Shown here one piece after another: positions 10,974-20,445 of a stretch of DNA of 64,000 bases. Each line of letters starts with the position of its first letter. The stretch's first letter is position 1. The stretch is from an uncultured Hyphomicrobium sp. (GTDB lineage: Bacteria; Pseudomonadota; Alphaproteobacteria; Rhizobiales; Hyphomicrobiaceae), in NCBI GenBank assembly GCA_964581475.1, contig CAZOOS010000001.1, forward strand, positions 3,991-67,990. Direction: 5' to 3'. Made by a program: the position numbers and the translations under genes. The notes beneath the pieces were generated by a model, which was not told where the DNA came from, searched no databases, and saw nothing but the letters and a program-made list of their open reading frames with translations.

Positions 10974-11939
10974 ATGGCCGATTCAATCCTGGTTACCGGT
11001 GGCGCCGGCAATATTGGCAGCGCGCTCGTCCGCGGTCTGATCAAGCTGCCACAGACGCAAGTGGTCGTTGCCGATAACCTATCGACGGGCAGCCTCGATA
11101 AGGTCCGCATCGACGCCGGCAATCTCACTTTCGTGAAAACGGATGTGAATGACTTTGCCGATCTAGCGCCGTTGTTCTTTCGCTTCCACTTTACGCATGT
11201 CTTCCATTTCGCCGCCGTCGTGGGTGTGCAGCGGACCTTGGAGAATCCGCTGCTCGTGCTGCGCGACATAGCCGGCATCGAGAACGTTCTGCGGCTCTGC
11301 AAGAACACGGGCGTACGACGCGTCTACTTCTCGTCGTCGTCTGAGGTCTACGGCGAGCCGTTCGAGATACCGCAGAACGAAAAAACAACGCCCCTGAACT
11401 CGCGGCTTCCGTACGCCGTCGTCAAGAATATTGGCGAAGTCTACCTGCGGACTTACCAGCGCGAATACGGTCTGCCGTACACCATTTTCCGCTTCTTCAA
11501 CACCTATGGTCCGCGCCAGAGCGAGGACTTCGTGTTGCCGAAGTTTGTAAGAGCGGCAATGAATGGCGAGCCGCTGACGATATACGGGGACGGCTCACAG
11601 ACGCGATCGTTCTGCTATGTTGACGATACGGTCGATACCTGCATCGCCGTCCATCGGACGGGGGCGGAGGAGAACGACGTCATAAACATCGGTAGCGATC
11701 ATGAGATCAGCGTCCGGCGCTTGGCTGAAACCGTCATACGGGTTCTGAAGTCTTCTTCAAAACTGAAATCGCTGCCGCCGCTGAAAGAGGGCGACATGAC
11801 CCGGCGGTGCCCAGATACCGCGAAGATGAGAGCCCTGTTAAACCGGCCCCAAGTATCGCTGGAGGACGGCATTCGGCGTCTCGCGGCGTATCAAGCCGAA
11901 CTCGATGAAGCCAATACCGTGGTTCGCAAGCGCGCTTGA
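10974..11939 (+). CDS. NAD-dependent epimerase/dehydratase (UDP-sugar decarboxylase/epimerase-like SDR)
   Basis: VTGGAGNIGS, SSSEVYG, YAVVK, RFFNTYGP, GDGSQTRSFCYV. RBS GAGGGAG. Confidence 0.88.
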   Translation: MADSILVTGGAGNIGSALVRGLIKLPQTQVVVADNLSTGSLDKVRIDAGNLTFVKTDVNDFADLAPLFFRFHFTHVFHFAAVVGVQRTLENPLLVLRDIAGIENVLRLCKNTGVRRVYFSSSSEVYGEPFEIPQNEKTTPLNSRLPYAVVKNIGEVYLRTYQREYGLPYTIFRFFNTYGPRQSEDFVLPKFVRAAMNGEPLTIYGDGSQTRSFCYVDDTVDTCIAVHRTGAEENDVINIGSDHEISVRRLAETVIRVLKSSSKLKSLPPLKEGDMTRRCPDTAKMRALLNRPQVSLEDGIRRLAAYQAELDEANTVVRKRA

Positions 11940-11953
11940 GGGCGAGCCGACGA

Positions 11954-13243
11954 ATGAAACTGGTATACGTCAGCCAACCGTATGACCGGTTCTTCCCGCC
12001 GGAGCAAAACTCCATCGGACTGATCGTCTATCACACGGCGCTGCAGCTGGGACGCAGCGCTGGCATCACGCTTTACGGGAAGGACCATCCCGATGACGTG
12101 GCGCCGGAAGGCGTGCCGTTCAGCATCAGGCGCATCCCGGTCCTACGTGACCGGCTTTTGCAAAAGCTCATCCGCGACTGGCCGCGTTTGGCGGGCTGGC
12201 TTGGGCTTGTCGACAAGATCGATGACCATGCGGAATACCGTTCCAAGGTCCGGCGGTTACTCGATGAGGACAGACCGGGCGTCGTGCACGTCATGAACTA
12301 TTGGAACTGGTGCCGCGATCTGAAACCACCTGGCTGCTCGCGCCGGCTTGTGCTCGAGATGCAGTGCGAGTGGCTTTCGCAGCGCGACCACGATCAGGTG
12401 GCGAGGCAACTCGAGGCGGTCGATGCCGTGGTTGCCGTCAGCGACCACATCGCCACGACTTTTCGCGCAGCATTCCCCGACTATCCCGGCATCGTTGCCA
12501 CGGTCGGCAACGGGGTCGATGTCACGCGCTTTCAGCCCCGCCCTCAGTCAAAAGCGGCCCCGTCACAGGGCGCCGATCGAAAGCGGCGCATTCTTTTCGT
12601 TGGGAGGGTTTCACCCGAGAAGGGAATCCATACGCTGATCGAAGCGTTCGGTGAGCTTGCGCGTAGGTTCGAGGATGTCGAACTGCACATTGCGGGTCCG
12701 AAGTGGGCTCTCTCTCCGGATTTCATAACGAGCCTATCGTCCGACCCGCGGGTCACCGCGCTCTTGCGATTCTATGATCGCTGGGGGGCATGCACGTATG
12801 AACAGCACCTCGAAAAACTGATTGCCGACTATGATGTGGGCGAACGCGTGCGCTTCCTGGGCAATGTCCCTCACGCGAAGCTTGTGGAAACGTATCAAGC
12901 GGCCGACGTCGTCGTTAATCCCTCGCTCAGCGAAAGCTTTGGAATATCGGTCGTCGAGGGCATGGCCTGCGGCAAACCGGTGGTTGGCACCCGCGTCGGC
13001 GGCATGTGCGAGTCAGTTGCCAACGACCGAACGGGGATGCTCGTCGAGCCGGACAGGCCGGACGATCTCGCGCGTGCCCTGGCATTCATCCTCGAGGATC
13101 CGGCACGCGCCCACGCTATGGGCTGCGAAGGTCGCAAGCGGGCGGTGGAGGAGTATTCATGGCAAGCGCGCGCCGACCGTTTGATGACCGTTTATCGCAG
13201 GCTGGCGGGGGAACGGTCCAGCATCGCCGCCGCGCTCCATTGA
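11954..13243 (+). CDS. Glycosyltransferase family 4
   Basis: AVSDH, GNGVD, FVGRVSPEKG, SESFGISVVEGMACG. Confidence 0.92.
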   Translation: MKLVYVSQPYDRFFPPEQNSIGLIVYHTALQLGRSAGITLYGKDHPDDVAPEGVPFSIRRIPVLRDRLLQKLIRDWPRLAGWLGLVDKIDDHAEYRSKVRRLLDEDRPGVVHVMNYWNWCRDLKPPGCSRRLVLEMQCEWLSQRDHDQVARQLEAVDAVVAVSDHIATTFRAAFPDYPGIVATVGNGVDVTRFQPRPQSKAAPSQGADRKRRILFVGRVSPEKGIHTLIEAFGELARRFEDVELHIAGPKWALSPDFITSLSSDPRVTALLRFYDRWGACTYEQHLEKLIADYDVGERVRFLGNVPHAKLVETYQAADVVVNPSLSESFGISVVEGMACGKPVVGTRVGGMCESVANDRTGMLVEPDRPDDLARALAFILEDPARAHAMGCEGRKRAVEEYSWQARADRLMTVYRRLAGERSSIAAALH

Positions 13244-13900
13244 GGCGCTGAGCGGCTTCCTGAAGAACGTATACGTGTGCCGGATGCTCGTATCCGTCAG
13301 ATACTCCTTCACGCCCATCGGCGGGAACGTCGACCGTTCGAAGGCGCCAAGCTCAGGGCTCTCGCTAGGCGGATATGGGCGCAACTCGTCGACGTCGTTC
13401 CAGCCGAGGATAAACCAACCGCCCTCGCGCAGGCACCGCCGACACGCCTCGAATGAAGGCTCCGCCTCCTCACGCGTTTCTATTGCCGTCTTCATGAACA
13501 CGCCGTTGCAGACGATCGCGTCGAAATAGCCGGGCGCGAAATGGCGACCGAGGTTCATCAACGTATCGCATACATGCAGCGCGGCGCCGTAGCGGCGCTT
13601 CTCCGGGTCAACGTCGAGCGTCCAATACTCCTTGGAGCGGAACATCGGCTCGTAGGGCTTGGTGTACCACTCGCAGCCGACGAACAAGATGCGGTTCACC
13701 TGCGGATCGTCGCGCAGATCGGTCAAAATGATCGATTCAAGGATCTTGCGATCCTCCGTGAGGTGAAAATTGCTCAGGCTACGCAACAACGCGGGTGAAT
13801 GCTTGCGTAGGTAGTCCCGTACCAAGACCCTCAGTCTTCTACGCATGGTCTGCGGCTGTTGCATGCGGCCTCCCAAGGAAGTGCCTGTCGTGCGGTTCAT
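13157..13900 (-). CDS. Class I SAM-dependent methyltransferase (alternative start 13864)
   Basis: ILFVGCEW, TLDVD, FDAIVCNGV, LREGGWFILG. ATGA overlap with the upstream FkbM gene. Confidence 0.7.
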   Translation of the reverse strand: MNRTTGTSLGGRMQQPQTMRRRLRVLVRDYLRKHSPALLRSLSNFHLTEDRKILESIILTDLRDDPQVNRILFVGCEWYTKPYEPMFRSKEYWTLDVDPEKRRYGAALHVCDTLMNLGRHFAPGYFDAIVCNGVFMKTAIETREEAEPSFEACRRCLREGGWFILGWNDVDELRPYPPSESPELGAFERSTFPPMGVKEYLTDTSIRHTYTFFRKPLSASMERGGDAGPFPRQPAINGHQTVGARLP

Positions 13901-14649
13901 TGCGCCGGTGCCGGCCGCGCGACGACGTGCGCCACGTGCCAATCGATGCCCTGGTAGGCGGCGGGGAGGGGTGTCAGCACGTAGCCTGCCGCAGACCAAA
14001 AGGCGGCAAGAGCCTCGACCTTACGCACCAGTCCCGCGCGGCTCGCATCATCGATTTCGTAAAGGACGGTCGGCCGATGCGCGCGTAGCGTTCCCACCAT
14101 GCCGGTCAACGCTTCCAGCTCCGCGCCCTCGACATCGATCTTGATCAGCGAAGGCGGGCGCAAGCCGCGCTGAGCGATCACCGTGTCGATGCTCACGAGG
14201 TCGACCTCGATACGTCCGCACAGATCGGGGGGGGGACCTACCGAGGCGAGTGTAGCGCCGCCGATATGGCGGGCGAGCATCAGCTCGGCACGGCCATCCG
14301 AAGAGCCTACGGCAGCGGCGAATACGTCGACCGTATCGAAGCCATTCAAATGCGCGCTGCGAGAGATGGCGGCGGCGTTCTCGGGCACCGGCTCGAAAGA
14401 ATAGATGCGCCCCTGCGGGCCCACGTGTCGGGCCGCGATCAGCGAAAAGAAGCCTATATTGGCGCCGATATCGTAAAAGACATCCCCCGCCGACAGGTTC
14501 TTGGCGATAAACACCTGTAGCGGGCGCTCGTAGGTACCGCGCGCGAAATTGGGGTCGGCGCGCCGTGCCGTGAGCTTCAGCCCAGCGGCCTCGCCGGCCT
14601 CGACAACCGTAGGGGCAAGTGCATCGCGTAGTTTCGTCATCAATTGCAT
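13897..14649 (-). CDS. FkbM-family methyltransferase
   Basis: FYDIGANIG, SFEP, IKIDVEGAE. Confidence 0.92.
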   Translation of the reverse strand: MQLMTKLRDALAPTVVEAGEAAGLKLTARRADPNFARGTYERPLQVFIAKNLSAGDVFYDIGANIGFFSLIAARHVGPQGRIYSFEPVPENAAAISRSAHLNGFDTVDVFAAAVGSSDGRAELMLARHIGGATLASVGPPPDLCGRIEVDLVSIDTVIAQRGLRPPSLIKIDVEGAELEALTGMVGTLRAHRPTVLYEIDDASRAGLVRKVEALAAFWSAAGYVLTPLPAAYQGIDWHVAHVVARPAPAQ

Positions 14650-14700
14650 CTGCTATCTTCCAGTGGTTCCGCTCCAAGCTCGCGGCACTTCCGCCAGCCG

Positions 14701-15519
14701 TTAAGTGTTTGCCTCATAGCGCCGGAACGTCTCGTAGTCGGTTAGGAGGCGCTCGACGAGGTCGCCACCGGAAAGGTCGGACAATATCGGCCAGCTGCGT
14801 CGTCCCTGCGGCCGCTGCGTCTGCGAGACGTGCGCAGCCAGGGCATTGCGCTTCACATCGAGCACATCACCCACATAGATATGGCTGTTGAACGCCGAGA
14901 CCGAGCGCAGCCCGGCAGCGGTCTTCCAGGTCTGGCGCGCTGTCGTGCGCCACAAACGCGGGAGATCACCCGTCATGCGCACCCATGGCCAATGGTACCA
15001 GTACCAAATGGGGTACTCGTAGACGGTCACCGGGCGAGCGTGCGTACGCAGCGCGGCGCGCACGGCTTGATAGGCGGCTGTGTGATCAGTCGTGGGCTCG
15101 CCGGCGTGGGTGACGAAGACGCTGTCGGGCTGCCATTCAGTAAGCAGTGGCGATATCGCCCGAGCGATGGCAGGTACGTGTTGATGTGCGCGCCCGTCCG
15201 GAAAGCGCAGGAACGTGACATCATTTGGCGCGCCGCCGAGCCGCCGCACGGCCTCAATCGCCTCGGCTTCGCGCAGTTGGCGCAACTCCTCGGCACCGAT
15301 GTGATCCGCATGCGAGGCCGCGCCGTCGGTGATGAACACAAACCTGACGCGGGCACCTGCCGCGATCTTCTTGCAAGCGATGCCTCCGCAACCCAGTGTC
15401 TCGTCGTCCGGGTGGGGGGCGAAGATAACCGTCGAGCTTTGCCCGTCGACGTCGATCGGACTGAGTTGCTCGCGCATCAGCCTATCGAGAGCGCGGCAGG
15501 CGGCACGTCGCGTGAGCAT
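14701..15519 (-). CDS. PIG-L/LmbE family deacetylase (start uncertain)
   Basis: APHPDDETLGCGG, TDGAASH, REAEA, DH, HVSQ. Confidence 0.88.
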   Translation of the reverse strand: MLTRRAACRALDRLMREQLSPIDVDGQSSTVIFAPHPDDETLGCGGIACKKIAAGARVRFVFITDGAASHADHIGAEELRQLREAEAIEAVRRLGGAPNDVTFLRFPDGRAHQHVPAIARAISPLLTEWQPDSVFVTHAGEPTTDHTAAYQAVRAALRTHARPVTVYEYPIWYWYHWPWVRMTGDLPRLWRTTARQTWKTAAGLRSVSAFNSHIYVGDVLDVKRNALAAHVSQTQRPQGRRSWPILSDLSGGDLVERLLTDYETFRRYEANT

Positions 15520-15786
15520 GAACTCGTTCCGGTGACTACAGCCTGACAACGGTGTGGCCGCTGGATCGACTAAGCGCAGTGTCACTGCAGCGCGATAGGT
15601 TGCCGGCCTGCGGGTCACCCACGAGAATGGCACCACACACCGGCCCTGTCCTGGGGCCGCCATACCTCTTTCGGCTAGATCGACCCGCATACGATTTGTC
15701 TATGGAATCTGGGGAGTTCCGAGGCTAGGGACTAGTAATTCGAACAACTGACGGCCAGAGGTCCAGGTGAGCGCCCGGCTCCTGCG

Positions 15787-17883
15787 ATGACAAAGCCGAT
15801 CTTACTTGGAAAGAAGCGGCCACCGGCGCGTCTGCGCGCCCTGGTGGTCGACGTGTTTACGGACGACCGCTCGGCGGGCCGCGTGCTCGGAACGAAAGCA
15901 ACGACAGGTGCTGGGAGGCTCGTCCGCGACACCGAGCGGGTGATGGCCATCGATCACGGCGCACTGCGCCTGCAGCCGCTCATCACGCCCGGGTGGCAAC
16001 GTCAGGGCATCGCCTATGGCCCATTTTCGCGAACGGCCGGTTTGACGTTGGCGGTGGCGATCACTAATGGGCACAACACCTCGCAAGCCGCCGGGCTGCC
16101 GGATGGCATCGCGCGGAGACTGTGGCGCTGGGCGAAAGGCCCGGAAGTTGATCCGCTGACGCAGCGGCTCATTCGCGCGTTGCGCGCGTCGCCGCGAAAC
16201 CGGCTGCTACGCCGCTTCCGCGGGTGGTTGCACAGCACGGTGCGGTTCTACAAGCGGCCAGATTATAACGAGAATCTTGCGCTCGGCTGGTTCACCAGCG
16301 AATCCCCCAGCGACCCGCTCGTCGACGGTTGCGGCTTTATCCTGCATGCCGCCGAAGGGGAGAACGGTGAACTCTGGGCACGCACCGGCGAGCGCTGCCT
16401 GAGCGCCTTCCGTCGCCTGCAGAATCTGCAGATCTACTATCTCGTCACGCTGCGCCAGCAGGGCGCCATCTACTATGTCGCAGCTAGCGAGGGCGCGCGT
16501 GGGCTCGGTGCTTTCCCGATGATGCGGCCGGTGGCGATTGACGCGTTCAACTCGGACGAGACACTGTACGCCGGCATTCACCAGTGTGTGCTGGGCCAGA
16601 TCGGTTTTCGTGTCGATACCCGAGTTCACAAGGTTCATATCGAGCAGCTACCGGAGCTCGGCGCACGGTATGCCGGTTCGCACGTCGCAGATGCACTGAC
16701 GGGTGAGGGTGCACTCCAGGCGGCTGCGGCGGGCGGCAATTGGAACGTTCTGCGTGGGCACTGCGAGCGGACAAAAAGCGGCGCGAGCACGCGCAACTCA
16801 GAAACCATTGCCATCCTTAAGCCGCAAGCACCGTCGGGCTTAGTCCACGCACTCATAGATTCGAGCGGCGGCGCGGCCGGGCTGGTATGGCGGGCGGAAG
16901 ACAAGAGCAACTACTGGCTGCTGGTGGTTTCACCCAGCGCGGTAAGACTCGAGCGGGTGGAAAACGGAATGCGATCCACCATCGCCGCAGACGAAACCTC
17001 TATCGGCCGGCTTGGCAGAACGCAATCGGTCCAAATCCTTGATAGCGGCAGCGAATTTGGTTGCTATGTGGATGGTGTTAGGCTCTTCGACCGCTGGTTT
17101 GACGACCGCACGCTCGCGAACGCGACCGGTGTGGGGGTGTGGTGGGACGCAGGTAGCCAGGTCCGTGTGCGGGATTTCGAAGCCCATCCGCGCGCGGTCC
17201 CGATTCCGCCTTCGATCCAATTCGAAGCCCCGTGGAGCCGATTTGGTTCGCAGGTCATTCTTGCCGACGACTTTCTCGGACAGCGGGGCGAGCTGGAGGA
17301 GCGGCGCGCGACGACGGGCGGTGCCGTGTGGGAAAAGACCATCGGCTGCGGCGTCGTCGATAGCGGCGACGGATTAGCCAAAGTTCGCGCCAGTGTGGAT
17401 GCGCCCCATCCCGGGCGCACCTTCCACACACTCGCCTGGTCGAAGCCGGACTTTGCCGATCTCGCTGTGCGGATCACGCCACCAGGCACACAGCGCGGCG
17501 AACGCCACAACTGCCGGTGCGGCCTCGTCTTCTGGCAAGACAACGACAACTATCTCTCCTTCACGGCGTATTTGGACGACGCCTACAACGGCGCGTCGAT
17601 CGCGTTGTTCAGCAAACGAAACGGATTTGAAGAGCTTTACGATGCGGTCTGGACGATGGTGGCCGACGCCATCCGCTGGGGCGAACCGTTCGACCTGCGC
17701 GTCACCTTCGATGGTTTGCGCTTTGTCATACTGATCGACGGCGAGCCCGTGCTGCAGCGATCGCTTACGGATCTCTATCCATCCGACACTGCAATGTGCA
17801 TCAGACGCGTCGGTATAGCCGTGAACTGGGAGTGGGGCAACGACACTGGCTCGAAGTTCGAGACGTTCACAGCCCGCTACTGA
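15787..17883 (+). CDS. Large beta-rich hypothetical protein in the EPS locus
   Basis: 698-aa ORF rich in Trp/Gly beta-strand patterns, with repeated GLV(F)W..D..NY elements. No recognisable catalytic motif. Confidence 0.7.
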   Translation: MTKPILLGKKRPPARLRALVVDVFTDDRSAGRVLGTKATTGAGRLVRDTERVMAIDHGALRLQPLITPGWQRQGIAYGPFSRTAGLTLAVAITNGHNTSQAAGLPDGIARRLWRWAKGPEVDPLTQRLIRALRASPRNRLLRRFRGWLHSTVRFYKRPDYNENLALGWFTSESPSDPLVDGCGFILHAAEGENGELWARTGERCLSAFRRLQNLQIYYLVTLRQQGAIYYVAASEGARGLGAFPMMRPVAIDAFNSDETLYAGIHQCVLGQIGFRVDTRVHKVHIEQLPELGARYAGSHVADALTGEGALQAAAAGGNWNVLRGHCERTKSGASTRNSETIAILKPQAPSGLVHALIDSSGGAAGLVWRAEDKSNYWLLVVSPSAVRLERVENGMRSTIAADETSIGRLGRTQSVQILDSGSEFGCYVDGVRLFDRWFDDRTLANATGVGVWWDAGSQVRVRDFEAHPRAVPIPPSIQFEAPWSRFGSQVILADDFLGQRGELEERRATTGGAVWEKTIGCGVVDSGDGLAKVRASVDAPHPGRTFHTLAWSKPDFADLAVRITPPGTQRGERHNCRCGLVFWQDNDNYLSFTAYLDDAYNGASIALFSKRNGFEELYDAVWTMVADAIRWGEPFDLRVTFDGLRFVILIDGEPVLQRSLTDLYPSDTAMCIRRVGIAVNWEWGNDTGSKFETFTARY

Positions 17884-18050
17884 ACGCGCACTTGCGGCCG
17901 CTGCAGCCGGGTGTGGTGCGCTGGGGTGAGGAGGCCACAGCGGGCCGTTCGTCCACCGGCACATGGACAGCGTCAGCCGTCGCGATGCGAGGAGAGAGAA
18001 GAGGGCGAAAATGCCGATCTGCCCAAGAACATACTCAGCATTGTCCGCCC

Positions 18051-19370
18051 CTATCTTATGCCCCGTTGCATCCGCGCAGACGGATACGCGACGGGGCCCC
18101 CATAGCCCGACGAGGCACGCGCCAGCGATCTCGAATCCGCCGGTTCTGCTCCGGCGAGCTTTTCTTCGTAGAGGGCGATGAGCTGGTCGCCCCAATCCTG
18201 CGGTGTCGGCGCCAGCGAGCGTGCCGTATCGAAGCCGCACTGGCTCATGTCCGCGACCAACGCGTCGTCGCCCATTATGCGGGTGATGGTTTTGGCCATC
18301 GCCGTCACATCGTGTCCGTCACAGCCAATTCCGGCCCCGAGCCGCTCAAGGTCACCGGAGATGAGTGCGGCGTGCGATACGATGATTGGTATCCCACTCA
18401 TGGCCGCCTCGATTGCCACGAGGCCAAACGTTTCGCGCCATTGACTGGGCATGACCAGAGCGCGCGCGTCACGACAAAGTTTGGCGATTTCTGTCTTTGG
18501 CTTCCAGCCCGCCAGCTCCACTTCCGGGAAATCGCAGCGGATGACCGGCGCCAGGGGCCCCGTGCCGATGATGCGGAGCGGAGCCCCGGCGCTACGCGCC
18601 GCCCGAGCCAAGTGCATGACACCCTTGTCTTGCTCGAGGCGCCCGACGAATAGAAGCCTGTGATTGAGTTCGGCGGTGACGCGCGACGGCAGCCACGGCG
18701 AGGCCGGGTTGCGCAGCACGCGGATCGAGCGGCGATCTATGGACTGCGCGAGGAGGGGTACCATACCTTCGTGCACGGCTAATACGGTAGCGGATGTATT
18801 GAGCAGGTCCATCGCCAGTCGGCGAACAGCGCTGCGCGCAACCCGCCAAAGCTTGTGCGCATAGTTCCGCTTGTCGCATTGGGCCATGAGGCAGGCGGCA
18901 CCCATGGGTGAGCGATTGCAGATCTCACCGCGCGGGAAGTGGAAATAGCCGCCGTTTGGACAGGCCAGGAAATAATCGTGCGCGCAGAGCACGAGGCGAT
19001 GCGCCACGCGGCGCAACGGAACGAACGCCGCGGGCGATAGAAACTTGTGCCAGTTGTGAAGATGGTAAATCGTGCCGGGCGTATCGTTCTTGGTGATCCA
19101 CGCATTGAGCTGGCTGGCCGCCCTCCGGCTGTAGAGGCCGCGTAGGATAGCAGGCCGACTGCCCTCCAGAATGTGCCGGCCGCCAAACGCAACGAGGTCG
19201 GCGCCACGCCGCCCAACGTCGGGGTTGGCGCCGCCGTCGCCAGTGATCATCGTCACCGCTATGCCTCGGGAGCGCAATTCCTCCACGGACGCGAGAGCGA
19301 TAGCAGCCGCGCCGCCACTGGGGACGCAATCGTCATTGATGACAACGACACGCTCGATCGGAGATGGCAT
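18051..19370 (-). CDS. Glycosyltransferase family 4
   Basis: HLHNW, AHDYFLACPNG, FVGRLEQDKG, WRETFGLVAIEA. Confidence 0.9.
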   Translation of the reverse strand: MPSPIERVVVINDDCVPSGGAAAIALASVEELRSRGIAVTMITGDGGANPDVGRRGADLVAFGGRHILEGSRPAILRGLYSRRAASQLNAWITKNDTPGTIYHLHNWHKFLSPAAFVPLRRVAHRLVLCAHDYFLACPNGGYFHFPRGEICNRSPMGAACLMAQCDKRNYAHKLWRVARSAVRRLAMDLLNTSATVLAVHEGMVPLLAQSIDRRSIRVLRNPASPWLPSRVTAELNHRLLFVGRLEQDKGVMHLARAARSAGAPLRIIGTGPLAPVIRCDFPEVELAGWKPKTEIAKLCRDARALVMPSQWRETFGLVAIEAAMSGIPIIVSHAALISGDLERLGAGIGCDGHDVTAMAKTITRIMGDDALVADMSQCGFDTARSLAPTPQDWGDQLIALYEEKLAGAEPADSRSLARASSGYGGPVAYPSARMQRGIR

Positions 19371-19569
19371 AGCGGGTCATTCGAACTCGCGCGGGAGGCG
19401 GTCACAGCTGACGCTAGTTATTTTGAATGTCCGCCAGATGTGACGAGCCTAGCGGTGCCGAGCGCGGGCGGCGCTCATCACAACGCTGTAGACCTGACCA
19501 AAAGGTGTAAGTTGCCGTACTCCGTCGGGTCGGTGCGCTTTGTTGGTGGGTCGTGCATTATCCGAGTGA

Positions 19570-20430
19570 ATGCGCTCGCCCGCTTCTAGCGATCGGATGG
19601 GCCTGGCTCGAGGGTCTAGAGCATTGCGTTATCTGCGCCGCGTCCTTGCCTGCTTCGGTCTGCTCGTCCTCGCCTCCGGCACACAGGGGGTGGAGCAGCC
19701 GTATACGCCCAGCGATATCGATCTGTCGGGCTACAAGCTGACCTTCGACGAAACGTTCGATCGGTTGGACGTTTCAGCTTGGGGCCCGGGAACGCGCTGG
19801 ATCGCGCACACGCCTTGGCACGGCGACTTCGGGGATGCGCAGTTTGCCGACCCAGCGCCGGACTTTCCCTTCACGATCGAGAACGGAATACTGCGTATCG
19901 AGGCGCGCAACGGCAGTGACGGAAAGTGGCGCTCGGGGCTACTGTCTTCGGCCGATACCTCCGGGAACGGCTTCTTCCAGCAGTTCGGCTATTTCGAGAT
20001 GCGTGCGAAGCTGCCGCCGGGACCCGGAGTCTGGCCGGCGTTCTGGTTGATCGCCAACAAAGATCCCAAGACGTCGGCCGAAATCGACATTCTCGAATAC
20101 TACGGCGTCGGTCCCGACATTTATCACACGACCGTGCACGTCTGGCCGAAGAGTAAAGGCATCGAAAAGCAGACGCATCACATACAGCACAGCGTTCCCT
20201 ACGGCTCTCTCTCCGATCAGTTTCATACGTACGGTGCTTCGGTCGAAGCGGATTGGATCATCTTCTATCTCGATGGCAAGGAGACGGGGCGCGTAAAGAC
20301 GCCGCTCGAGCACCATCGTCCCATGTTTATCCTGCTCGACTTGGCGCTGGGCTCTGGTTGGCCGATCGATAAGACGATCAATCCCTCATACATGTACGTC
20401 GACTATGTGCGGGCCTACAGAAAGAACTGA
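19570..20430 (+). CDS. Secreted glycoside hydrolase family 16 (ExsH/ExoK-like glycanase)
   Basis: Signal-like N-terminus; GYFEMRAKLP, WPAFW, catalytic EIDILE. Confidence 0.9.
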   Translation: MRSPASSDRMGLARGSRALRYLRRVLACFGLLVLASGTQGVEQPYTPSDIDLSGYKLTFDETFDRLDVSAWGPGTRWIAHTPWHGDFGDAQFADPAPDFPFTIENGILRIEARNGSDGKWRSGLLSSADTSGNGFFQQFGYFEMRAKLPPGPGVWPAFWLIANKDPKTSAEIDILEYYGVGPDIYHTTVHVWPKSKGIEKQTHHIQHSVPYGSLSDQFHTYGASVEADWIIFYLDGKETGRVKTPLEHHRPMFILLDLALGSGWPIDKTINPSYMYVDYVRAYRKN

Positions 20431-20445
20431 CGCGGTCTGTGCCCA

